From positions 387,513-451,512 of the forward strand of contig MU057989.1 of the NCBI GenBank assembly GCA_013265495.1: a stretch of DNA of 64,000 nucleotides. Direction: 5' to 3'. The notes under the pieces were generated by a model that did not search any database, was not told the DNA's origin, and was given only the letters and a program-made list of their open reading frames with translations. Both the position numbers and the translations under genes were made by a program. This document shows, in pieces, positions 1-11,100 of this stretch (its first letter is position 1; each line of letters opens with the position of its first letter). The stretch is from Vicugna vicugna (taxonomy: Eukaryota).

Positions 1-470
1 CCTAAATGTCCATCAACAGGTGACTGGATAAAGAAGATGTGGTATATTTATACAATGGAATACTACTCAGCCATAAAAACCGACAACATAACGCCATTTG
101 CAGCAACATGGATGCTCCTAGAGAATGTCATTCTAAGTGAAGTAAGCCAGAAAGAGAAAGAAAAATACCATATGAGATCGCTCATATGTGGAATCTAAAG
201 ACTCATGGACAGAGAATACAGACTTGTGGTTACCAGGGGGGTAGAGGGTGGGAAGGGATAGACTGGGATTTCAAAATTGTAGAATAGATAAACAAGATTA
301 CACTGTATAGCACAGGGAAATATACACAAAATATTATGATAAATCACAGAGAAAAAAATGTGACAATGAGTGTGTATATGTCCATGAATGACTGAAAAAT
401 TGTGCTGAACACTGGAATTTCACACAACATTGTAAAATGATTATAAATCAATAAAAAATGTTAAAAAAAA
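1..470 (+). mobile_element. LINE-1 3' end (end of ORF2 region and 3' UTR) with polyA signal and A-tail
   Basis: Typical L1 3' text (ggataaagaagatgtggtatat...gaatactactcagccataaaa...gcagcaacatggatg), AATAAA at ~450 followed by an A-run. Confidence 0.85.
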
Positions 471-851
471 GACATAAAAGAATTAGTCATACGTCCAATG
501 AAAACACAAATGTAAAATGCATCTGTTGAGAGAATACTACTGGATGCAGAAAATGGATCTGGAAACAGTATGCCTGCAATTTCTGTGTGTTTAAATGTTT
601 GATGTTAGTACATAGGTCTCAGGTCTTGCTTACCAAGAGAAGTCCCCTCCACCCTTGCTGCCCCCAAGATACAGGTAAAATGGCCTCTCACAGCCGGAGA
701 ATGCTCTGTTTCATGGAATACAACAAAAATTAAACATGTGTGTGATTATGTACTTAGCTGGTGTGAACAGTGCCTCAAAAATGTCTGAGATGAAACAGAA
801 CATGCTTTTCCCAGTCTTCAACCTTACCACACAAGGGATTTGATTTCTTAC

Positions 852-2245
852 CTAGTAACATCATCTCCCCAATATTGCCTTCTTCCATCTCTGAGGTGGG
901 CTGCTGAACAGGATCCAGGCTAACACATTCTTCTTGGGAGTGAAATACATTCAAATCCTCAAAGACTACCAGCTCCTGAAAGACCAAAGGCCCCCTTCCT
1001 CTTAGTAACAGAGGTTCCTTGACAGCCCTCCTGTTAAGAAAGACTGAGACCCAAAGATCAGGGAACAGATGGCAAAAGGGATTTCTAAGTCCCATGCAGA
1101 CAGGATAGCCAGGCTGAGAGAAGCCAGAGGAAAAACAGAAGACAAATGTCCAAGGAGGCAGTGAAAAATGAGTCCAATCTCCCTGCTGACTCCCAAGAGT
1201 GTGTTTTTATATATGGGAGGGCTATAAAAGCAGAGGAGACAATGCAGTCAAACAGTGAACAGGAAAACTGAACCCACCTCAGGCTCAGCTTTCAAACACA
1301 GAGACACTGTCTCCTGTTTCTGCTGGATTCCTTCTCTGGGTAGAAGCTTCACTAAGGGACGAGGTTGCACTGGGGAAAGAGGAAGCTGTAGTAAATAGAA
1401 AAGTCAGTAACTCTAATATGGCAACTCTACCCACACCTTGAAGCCAGGCTATCCTCATTCCTTTGGCAGGTAACTCATTGCTTTTTATGCTCTTATGAGC
1501 CATCAGAGGTCAAGCCACAAACTACAGGGTCTTGAACCTAAATGGGGTCTCCTCATTATGAAAGGATGACCCCCCTAAGCAACTTTTAAAATTCCCACTG
1601 CTACTAAAAGGAAGGCTGGGGAAAGGTAAAGGCTGAAGATGTCCATAGTAAGCACAAAACTTCCAAAAATTCCACATGAGCTGAAGTCAATTCAATAATT
1701 TATCCACATTTCTTTATCCTAGAAAGATACTCCCCACCCCTAAAAATGTTCGAGTAAAACTAACACTACAGAAAAGATGCACGCTGATCATTCTATGGCT
1801 TTACACTTACTCAGCAAACCACTCAAGCTCCAGCTTGAAAACAAAAATACTCCCTCTCCTTGGCATGCTGACTTATTAAAATCAACTCCTTTTTCCAATA
1901 CCCATCATCCTAACCTGAATTCATTACTAACATGGAAGCCTATCTCAGTCCCCAGTAGCATCCCCTTCTCTTTGAGTGAAACAGTATGTGCTTCTTACCT
2001 CTATTCTGAAGGTTTGGGCTCACGTCCTTCATAATAACCAAGGTCTCCTTGACTTTCTGACTGGGCTGGACCAGGCTTGGCTTGGGCAAGAAGGTGAGGA
2101 AGTGCTCCAGAACTAGCTGGTGGATGGTCTTGGGCCCACTAGTAGCATCTCGAAGTAGGTCCTGGCCCAGCTTGGAGTTGGGAGGAACCCTCAGTATAAA
2201 GGATCGCTTTGGCTTTGGGGGCATAGGAACCACTTTGGCAGCCAT
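852..2245 (-). CDS. ZNF200: Zinc finger protein 200, 5' coding exons (1999-2245, 1278-1369, 852-975); the zinc-finger exon lies outside the window
   Basis: Spliced translation MAAKVVPMPPKPKRSFILRVPPNSKLGQDLLRDATSGPKTIHQLVLEHFLTFLPKP...VQPRPLVKLLPREGIQQKQETVSLCLKAEPE|ELVVFEDLNVFHSQEECVSLDP matches the recalled ZNF200 N-terminus. All GT/AG sites are present with consistent phases. Confidence 0.93.
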
Positions 2246-2949
2246 CGTGTCTTGAAATCACAAGCCACCCTTGTTTCTGCAGAGCTTCAAGAGCCACCTC
2301 TAACTGGAGGAAACCTGTCAGACAGCCACACTGCAGATGAGAGAAATTATGGGTCAGATTGGGCATGCCTGCACTCCAGTGTGTGTCTTGGGTAGTGAGG
2401 CCACAGAAGATCTAAATCCGAAGGGACAGACAAGCTGGGGTAAGGAACTCAAAACTGAAAGGAAGACGCCTCAATCTTATACTCTTAGCAAGGCCCGAAA
2501 GGAATATCCTGAGACTGAAAGCCAAAAGATGGCCAAACCTCAAGGGCCAAACAGAAGGGAGCACAGGCAGCCGGCAGAAGATCAAGGGCCATCTTCCTGA
2601 GAGAACTCCACTGGGAAGAATGGCTTAACCCATGCTGGTAGAAAAAACAATGGTCTAGAAGACAGGAAATCTGGGGTCCAATACGGAGAGCATCTGCTTA
2701 AGAAGTCAGCTTGGCCACTAAATCTGGCCTCACTGCATCTCTTCAATCGCAGGTCCCTGGGATGCCATTCGGGGTGGGGAGGGGGCAGTTGATGGCTCAA
2801 GGAGCAAACGCAAGGCCGCATCAGGTGTCTACATGTGGCTTGCTGAGTCCTTTCTGCCCTCAAAGCCCCTTAAGAGAGGCAGGGGACAGCACAGTAGGGC
2901 CCACTGGGCCAGGCCCACTCTGGAGCCTCTCCCACTGGCCAAGGGGCAC

Positions 2950-3800
2950 CTTCACCGCTGGCGGCATCGCCTGGGGCGTGCCCCAGCTACCAATCCAGCC
3001 AGGCTCCTCCAGCAATGGACTACACTCCGCTTCCCGGAGCCCGCTCAGCCTGGTTCCCGCCCTCCCGGAGTCCCTCACCTCTTGAGGTTCTGTCGCCTCG
3101 GGGCGCTCGTTGGGGACAGACCAGAGACCCAGACTCGGGGAGAGACCGGGAAACTAGGCGCGAGAGGCCAAGCCCACCTCTCGCCCTTCGGAGTGTCCTC
3201 ACAGGCAGCGGGCGACTATTGGTGTGCGCCGCCGTCAGTTGGGGAAGACGGCAAGGACGCGGTGCCTTCTGGGAGGAGGAGCGCGTCGGCAGCCGTGACG
3301 TCACGCCCGGTGCCTCGTTTCCGGTGCGGAAACTTGGTCTCCTCGTTTTGAGCGGACTGTCTGCGCTTGAGAAGGCGAGGCTCGGAGCCGGCAGGCGGAG
3401 CTTTCAGGACCGCAGGGAGGCCAGGTTGGCGGCAGCCGCTCTCCCTGCGGCTGTACTTGGGAGATGGAAGGCAGAAGGCTGGCTTCAGCCCTCCGTGACC
3501 GGCTGGCACAATTCCAGGTACGGACTGTCTGAGTCCTGTGGTTGCTGGGAAATGTAGTTCGGAAGCAAACAGCCAATGGGAGGTCGCCAGGCGAAGAGAT
3601 TGGGGTGGGGGCAGGGCTTAGGGCTCGACCGGAAGCGGGCTATTTCACGGGCCGGAAGGGCTGCAAGAGGCTACCGCAATTTCCGCTGCAGCAGCCGAGG
3701 TCGACCAAAAAACTGCGGAGGCGGCGAGTCAGTAGCGGGTCAAGGCGTCCGCCAGGTCTGGGGTCCTGCTACAGCCGTCCCTTCGTCTGGATAGCAGGGC
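2950..3800 (-). promoter_or_regulatory. CpG-island promoter of ZNF200
   Basis: CpG-rich. Palindromic CRE GTGACGTCAC 3295-3304; ZNF143/THAP11-type ACTACAnnTCCCA motif on the minus strand ~3546-3558; CCAAT ~3572; ETS CCGGAAG at ~3629 and ~3652. Confidence 0.75.
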
Positions 3801-4699
3801 TACCCCACCTTCCCCTATTTGCCAGCTTTTACACTGCGGTGTGGATTGACCGTCTTATTTTCTAAAGAATTCTAGCTTTCTTTCTCAGACCATTTCCGTT
3901 TCAGTCCTCGATTTCAGCCTCTCACGGTCGTCTAACAGCGTCTTTTCTTTCTGCATTGTTCCCTACTCGGTTAATTCCCCAGTGAGGTACTGATTAGGAT
4001 TGGGACAATACAAGGGTAGGGATTGCCTTATTCCTCTAGGTAGCACCAGCCTCAGGCAGGATGACTAAAGTGGAAATATAAATGAATCCCGTTTGTTAAC
4101 ACTAACTATAGACGACTCACTTAGCCATGGTCTAAAGCATGTTAAAACTGTGTGGCAACAAAAATTTTAAAAAAATTATACTTGCCTTTCCAGACATCAA
4201 AATTACTAAAAATCCTCGTTTAATCAATGAACTAGGAGTGAATAAGTGGAACAATAAGTGCCAAATTTGATCTGAATGTATGTGGGCCTGTATGAAAGGG
4301 TAGCAGCTCAACTTTCTGCTAGCAAAACTTGTCTGTTCTTCTGGTAAAAAAAAGTAAGGCTTCAATCCCTGAACTACTTACCCCCAAAATGGAATTTAAT
4401 AACCAGTGAAAGAGCACTAAAGAGAACGTAAAGTTTAATGTTGAGGCAAAACAGGAAACTGGGGTGCCTTAAAGTAAAATATAAACTTATGTGATTGTTT
4501 TTTTAAAAAAAAAACTTAAAAGACAAATGTCAAACAAGCAATTGACTGGAACGTAATTGTAGTAGATATGCCAGATAAAGAATTAGATAGTCCCAGCATA
4601 CAAGGAGCTTTTGTCAACTGGCAGAAAGGCTATGAAGCAAAGGCTGTGAAGTCATTCCACAGAGGAAGAAAACTATATGGTCATTAACATTTGAAAAGA

Positions 4700-5290
4700 T
4701 GCATAGTCACTTTGGAAAGAATTTGGCAGTCTTTCAGAATGTTAACATAGGATTACAGTAGGATCCAGCAATTCCGTTCCTGTGTAGAAACTCAAGAGAA
4801 ATGAAAACATGGCCGCATGAAAACTTGTACTTGAGTAGCAGCATTATTTATAATGGCTGAAAAGTAGAAAACACCCTAGGTGTCTATCAACTGATAAACA
4901 GAGAAACAAAATGTAGTGTATCCATATGACAGATTATTTAGCAATAAAAAAGGAATGAAGCTCTGATACATGCTGAAACATGGATGAACTTTGAAATGTG
5001 CTAAACCAAAAAAGCCAGTCACACAAGAGCACATATTGTATGATTATTCTTATGTGAAATGTCCAGAACAGGCAAACCCATAGAGATTGGAAGTAGGTTA
5101 GTGGTTGTCAGGGGCCAGGGGCAAAGGAGAATGCAAGTGACTGACTGCTAATGGGTGCAGGGCTTATTTTGGGGTGATGAAAATATTCTGGACTTAGTGG
5201 TGATGTTTGTACACACTGTAGATATACTAAAAACCACTTTATTGTTTAAAAGTGTGAATTTTATGGTATGTGGATTTTATCTTTAAAAAA
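4700..5290 (+). mobile_element. Old LINE-1 (L1M-type) 3' fragment
   Basis: L1M 3' hallmarks: gcagcattatttataat, aaaaggaatgaag...acatggatgaacttt, gtggttgtcagggg, gtgaattttatggtatgtg. Confidence 0.75.
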
Positions 5291-5799
5291 CCCCACCAGA
5301 CAGGGAAAACTTCACCTTACAGAAACAAATATTTAGTGTCTAAAATATTTATGAAGAAGTACTACAAAAAAAAGAAGTACTACAAACAACTAAGTTCAAT
5401 ATCTATATTCTACATAACAAGTAAAGGAGCTGTGCCATTATTGTAGACTTGATAGAAGCAATTTTCACATACTGAGGTATGGGGAAGTCATTCTGTCTTA
5501 TACATGGTTTGGCTTGAACTTTATGCTGAATAGAACAGCTTGTGTTATGGGCTGTCAAACATACACTGTACATGTGCTTTAACCATTAAGAAAAAAAAAT
5601 ACAGTTACCAGATTGTTTAGAGCATCCACTTTGAAGATAGAGACAAATGCCATTCCTTCCCCACCCGCCATGACACCAATGCTAGTACTCCTTTGAAAAT
5701 GAGGTTCCCTTCCCAGACACCAAGGTCATGCTAACTAGCTGTATACATGCTAATCTATCTCTTTTGAAACCTTGAAGGAATGTATGCCTGTCATGTTTG

Positions 5800-6272
5800 A
5801 TGTTTGTTCCTTGTTCTGACAAGATATAAGACTGTGGTTCAGGCATCCAAAATAGAGCCAGGTGGTGATTGTAATGTAGTTTCAGACATGTGCCTGTATC
5901 GTTGAGAACTTGAATTTTCTGAACTGTATCAAACTCAGGAATACCGCAAACCATTCTCAAAACAAGGTCTGGTAGTAGCTGCCAGCTGCAACCTAATGGT
6001 CTCAAGGTCTCCCCTTATAACTACGCAACCATTTCATACCCCAACCAATCCTTACTTAAAAGCTCTTTTACTTCTTGCCGGCTTCAATTATAATTCTTGA
6101 CAAACAACTTAGCTTTGTGGCTTTTGCTATATAAGCCACCCCATTTTGTAGTCTGGTGGAACACATCTCAGGTGCTTCTTAAACCTGTGTCTCCTAGGCA
6201 ATAGTTCTCAGTTTGGCTCAAATAAAACTCTTTTCTATTACTGTTACAGATTGTTTGATTATGTGTGTGACA
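5800..6272 (+). mobile_element. Probable solo ERV LTR; 5' boundary uncertain
   Basis: CCAAT ~6045, TATATAA ~6128, AATAAA ~6221 and a ...TGACA end give an LTR-like U3-R-U5 layout. No TSD identified. Confidence 0.45.
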
Positions 6273-7074
6273 GAATGAAGAAAAAAAAGAAATTCACATG
6301 GAAAATTTCTTAGTCTCATTGGCAAGTAATGAAATAAATAAAAACACAGATAAAACTCCATTAAATCTCTATTAAATCAGCAAAAATATTTAAAATGACA
6401 AACATTGCTTCGAACATGAAACATTTAAAAATCTTTTCCAAAGGATTGTATGGTCAACTAATGCAAGTGTTATCAAAATAGTTCACATTCTAGAACCATT
6501 TTAGGAAAAACAGTAGAAGAAATATGTGTATGGGGAGTTGATGGAAATACACACCATGCTGTTCATGGAAAGAGAAGGAGGGAGACTTGGGAACAGCAAA
6601 TGACCAACTGTAGGAAACACTGAAAAAATAGCATATGTGAACTGTGCCAGCATGTGCATTATGCACGTAGAACAAAGCTCCATGAAAAAAGCAAAGCAAG
6701 TGTTTTGTGCTCTGGTGACAACCATGGAGAACCCAAGTCCAGTGTAGGCGCTAGTGTGGAGATGGGAAGAGAGGTTGGGGTAGGAGAGTTTGGAGTTGAA
6801 TCTTCATTGACTCTCCTTTTCTCTGACATCCCTCTCTTTACATCTCTTTAAGTGGAGGATAATAGAGGAACATCTGTGAACTAGAACGTCTCATATTCTA
6901 CAGGCCCACAGCTTTGCAGATACAGATCAGGGGAGAATAATCTGACACTTGGAACATGTGTCAGATGTTTTTCTGACAGCAGCCCCATTTCCCTTGTGAT
7001 CTTCTGTAGGGATCTGGGATCTCATAGTGATCGACTGAGTGACAACTGCAATTATGATGACATTTTCTAATGGA

Positions 7075-7080
7075 TTTATT
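7075..7080 (-). terminator. Candidate MEFV polyadenylation signal (AATAAA on minus strand)
   Basis: TTTATT on plus strand, ~400 nt downstream of the ancestral exon 10 stop. Confidence 0.5.
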
Positions 7081-7478
7081 TATGAGGCTCAGCCAGTACT
7101 CTTAAGAACCACAGTTCATTAATCCAAGTACAAAAATGATTGATGACAGTCCACTCTACTTGTTTTTTCCTTAGGCTTCCGAAGTACTCAAGACAAGGGA
7201 GGATAGAATGAGGGAACAAATCCTTGTTTGGGGGGCCTGAGGGCGAACAACAGTGGGCTCTCTGACTCAGGAGCATCTGTGGGTGCTAATTCATACAAGG
7301 ATGTATAAAGCAACATCCATGTACTTCCTTCTCTGAAATCCATGGCAGGGACTATTCTCTTATTCATTATATTCCCCACAGCAGCCAGAACTCAGTAGGT
7401 GTTCCATAGTGACTCTTGAGTGTATGGATTCAAGATACAAGGCCAGGAGCCTGAAGAGAGATGCAGAGTGTTGAGCAT

Positions 7479-8038
7479 TCAGTGAGGCCCCTGGGTGCTC
7501 ACTGGACAGATGGTCAGAGGATCCAAGTTCTTCTCTCCATCATGTGTCCTGCGGCTAAAGATAGGTTGAAAGGGCCCAGAGGAAAAGAAGCCAGTGACTG
7601 TGTAGATGTGGGATTTACAATGTGTCACGTTGTAAAAGGAAGTGTCCCCAGCCTTGTAGTCCAGGAAGGTACCCATGTGCTTCTTCAGTTTCCCGCATCT
7701 GGTTCAGGGGAAAAGTGGATGCCTGGTACTCATTTTGCTTCATCATCATCTCTACCCAGTAACCATTCTCTAGTGACAGAGTCATAGTCTCCTTCCTGCT
7801 GGTGGCTGCCTTGCAGACACCCAGGACCCCACCTTGTCTTGTCTCCCACCTTCACTTCCCAGCAATGGTGGCTAGAGAGGAAGCTCAGAGAGCCCAGGGC
7901 AATGATTCAGCTATCGAATCTTTCTGGACTATCAGGCAGATGGTCCCACTTTTTTCCAAGTCTCACACTCTTCAAGTCATCAGAGAAGGTGAAAGATGAG
8001 GTTGGGGTGGGCAGTTTCCGCTTCCAGAATTACATCAA
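7479..8038 (-). pseudogene. MEFV: Decayed MEFV exon 10 (B30.2/PRY-SPRY domain), probably now 3' UTR
   Basis: Intact acceptor at 8039-8040, then VDVILEAETAHPNLI / FSDDLKSVRLGKKWDHLPDSPERFDS*IIALGS...WEVKVGDKT...FLDYKAGDTSFYNVT...SGPFQPIFS...LTICPV...GPH*. Disrupted by a 7-bp insertion (7988-7994), a TGA (7907-7909) and further frameshifts. Confidence 0.9.
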
Positions 8039-8186
8039 CTGCAGAGAGAATTAGAATTCCTGGCTGGAGGTCCATGGGCAACATCCCCACAGGATTCTCC
8101 CCATATCCGGGAAACATGGACAGGGTTGTTCTTCTGTAACACGCTGGGGGATGGCACAGGGACCCGGCAGGTCCAGGCCTCTCACC

Positions 8187-11100
8187 TCAGGGTGCCTGAA
8201 CACCAATCAGTTCTGGAACTACAGAGAAAAAGGAGATGGGAAAAAGAGTCCAGAGCATTCCCATTCAAAGGGGCTAAATCTACCCTGATCCCCACAACAA
8301 GAAAAGACAAGGACCTCCCTCCCTGCTCAGGACCCTGCTTCTTCTGCTTGGATATAACCCCCCTCCTCCCTGCAGCCAGGCTTGCCTTGGATACTCTGTG
8401 GTCTGGTGAGTTGACTCAGCCAATGACTCTGGCATAGAGCCTGTCATGGCTTTTCTCCCACCTTTGTTACAGGTATTTTTCTCTTTCCAAATTAATGCTC
8501 CAAAATCAATAGCCTAAGGGAAAACTGCATTAATCCCTGGCCAGCACGTACTACCTGCACCATACTCACCACTGAATGTTTCCATTTCTGAGCGCAGGGT
8601 TTCTAAAAGGAGAAAAGGAGTTTGAGTTAGGTTCCTTGGATAGGGGTAGATCTTGAAGACCCTGAAGGCAGAGTCAGAAAGGCTGTGGGAAATGGAGAAG
8701 GGACACCAGGGGGCTCTGGGCTACATGGATCTCAGGGAGAAGGTGAGCAGGTGCCTCCCATCTTCCCCCAAGCCCACCTACCCAAGAAGTGCTTCATGCT
8801 CTTCTCCACAAACTCTGATTTCTGGTAGAGCAGGTGGATCCTTTCTTTCACCTCTAGAGGGGTGGTCCGTAGCTCAGGGGCAGTTACCATCTTGGCCCTA
8901 GAAACAAAAGACAGTTGGCCTGGGAGGGCTGGAGCATGGGAGCAGCCCAAGCTCTCATGGGTTAGAAGTGAGGTGTAGCCTCCACAGGGCACACCCAGCC
9001 CAGCCTCGGCTTTGCAAAAAACGTTCTCCCTGGACTTCTGGTTCTAAACACTGGTCCTCAACTTTGGCTATGAATTGGCATCATTTGGGGGAGTTTAGAA
9101 ACCACTATATCAAAACCACAGCAAGTTTTGATAATGGCCCTAAAATGGTGCTGATATTGAAATGCTCAGCCCAGAATTACCTATGTTGAATTAATTACAC
9201 TTCCCAAATCTTTTTCTTTCTATTGAAATAAAAATGCTAATAAAGGAGAAAAAAACCCACAATGAGATACGACTTCACAGCCATTACGATGGCTACTATT
9301 AAAAAAATAAAAAATAACAAGTGTTAGCAAGAATGTGGAGAAATTAGAACCCCGTGCACTGCTGGTGGGAATGTAAGATGGTGCAGCACTGTGGGAAACA
9401 GTATTATAGTTCCTCAAAAAACTAAACATAGAATTACCATATGATTTCCACATCTCATTATATACATGCAGAAATTGAATGCAGGACTCAAATATATTTA
9501 CACTAGTATTTATAGCAGCATTATTCACAGTAGCCAAAGGGTGGAAGCAACCCAAGTATCCACTGATGGATGAATGGATAAACAAAATGTGTTATATACA
9601 TGTGATGGAATATTATTCAGCCTTAAAAGAGAATGGAATTCTGACACATTCTACAACATGGATGAACCTTGAAGCTGTTATGCTAAGTGAAATAAGTCAG
9701 ACACAAAAGCACAAATATTGTATGATTCCACTTATATGGAGTAGTTAGAGTAGTCAAATTCGTAAAGACAGAAAATAGAATGGTGGTTGCCAGGGGCTGT
9801 GGGAATGGAGAATGGGGAGTTAGTTGGTTAATGGTATGGAGATTCCATTTGGGAAAATGAAAAAGTCTGGAGATGGATGGTGGTGATGGTTGCACAATAG
9901 TGTGAATGTGCTTAAAGCCACTGAACTGTGTACATTTTTAAATGGTTAAGATGGTAAATTTTACATTAGGTATATTTTACCATCAGAAAAAAAACTTAAA
10001 AAGATTTGATTTCAAAAAAAAAAAGATTTGATTTCTGGGTCGTACTCCTGAAGATTCAGATTTAATTTGTCTCCAGGGTGATTGTAACATCCAGCCTCTT
10101 CCCCTCCCCTCCCCTGCCTGCTGGGCTTAGCAGCTCCTCTCTGGAAAGTGCTTCCCTCCCTGTGGCCACAAGCACTTTTGCTGGAACAGTTTTCATGAGG
10201 CGAATTGCATAGGACACGGTCTGTTAGGGAAGTCTCTTAGGAAGCAGTGTTCACTCCTTCCAGTCTTCAACCCATGTTCCCATTCTCCCTGCTCAAATCC
10301 AGAAAGGCCTTAGGAAGCTGCAGGAGATGGGGGGAGCCTAGGGAGGAGTCACAGACCCGGGGTTGGGTCTGCCTCCCCCAGTGTTTCCTGCAGGACACTC
10401 AAGGAATCATCAGGGAGCCTCTTGGTACCTGTGCAGGGTGACTCCGATGTCCTAGGAGAGAAAAGAGAATTTCTCCATTACCAGTCTCCTCCAGCCCCAG
10501 AGTGTTAGCAAAAAGGGGTTCCTCAGTTCTAATCCTAATCTCCGGAGGTGGTAGCCCGGCCAGGGGCCTACAACACAACTGTACCCAAACTCTGCTGCTC
10601 TCTCCTGGGAGATGCCAGGGGAATCCCCTAGATACTGGACCACTCTGGGCTCCTGAGAGCTCACTGAAGGGGTCTGGGCACAAGAGGCATTGTGGGTTAC
10701 CAAGACCAAGTCCACCCCCAGCCCTAAGGGACTCACCCACTGGCTTGGGCAGAGCTGATGGCAGTGCTGGGAGCCCATGTCATCTCACTGGGCATGGCGG
10801 ACAGGGGAAGGCCAGGCCCAGCCATACTCACCTTCATTAGTTCCCATTCTGGCTGGCACTGCTTGGCCTCCAGCTCCCCAATCAGCTCATCAAGAAGGGC
10901 GATGTCTCTGGATACTCGGGTGCCGTATGTCTCCCTGACCTGGCCAATGGTCTGTCCCAGCTCCTCCAGCCAGGCCACAAAGAGCTGCTCCTGCTGCTCT
11001 AAAAACTGGCACAACTGTTCCAACTGGTTCTGGACTCTCTGCTTCTGGGTTTCAGTTTGTTTCTGGGGAACAGAAGTCAGGGAGGTATAAGGTCTATGTG

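Noticed and set aside
2711..3865. Many overlapping 90-180 aa ORFs (also at 35.4-36.3 kb, 45.3-46.4 kb and 52.3-53.3 kb)
   Set aside because: Stop-poor GC-rich CpG islands with R/G/P/A-rich translations and no recognisable domains.
9220..9895. ORFs of 70-121 aa in MEFV intron 6
   Set aside because: These are translations of an L1 3' fragment.
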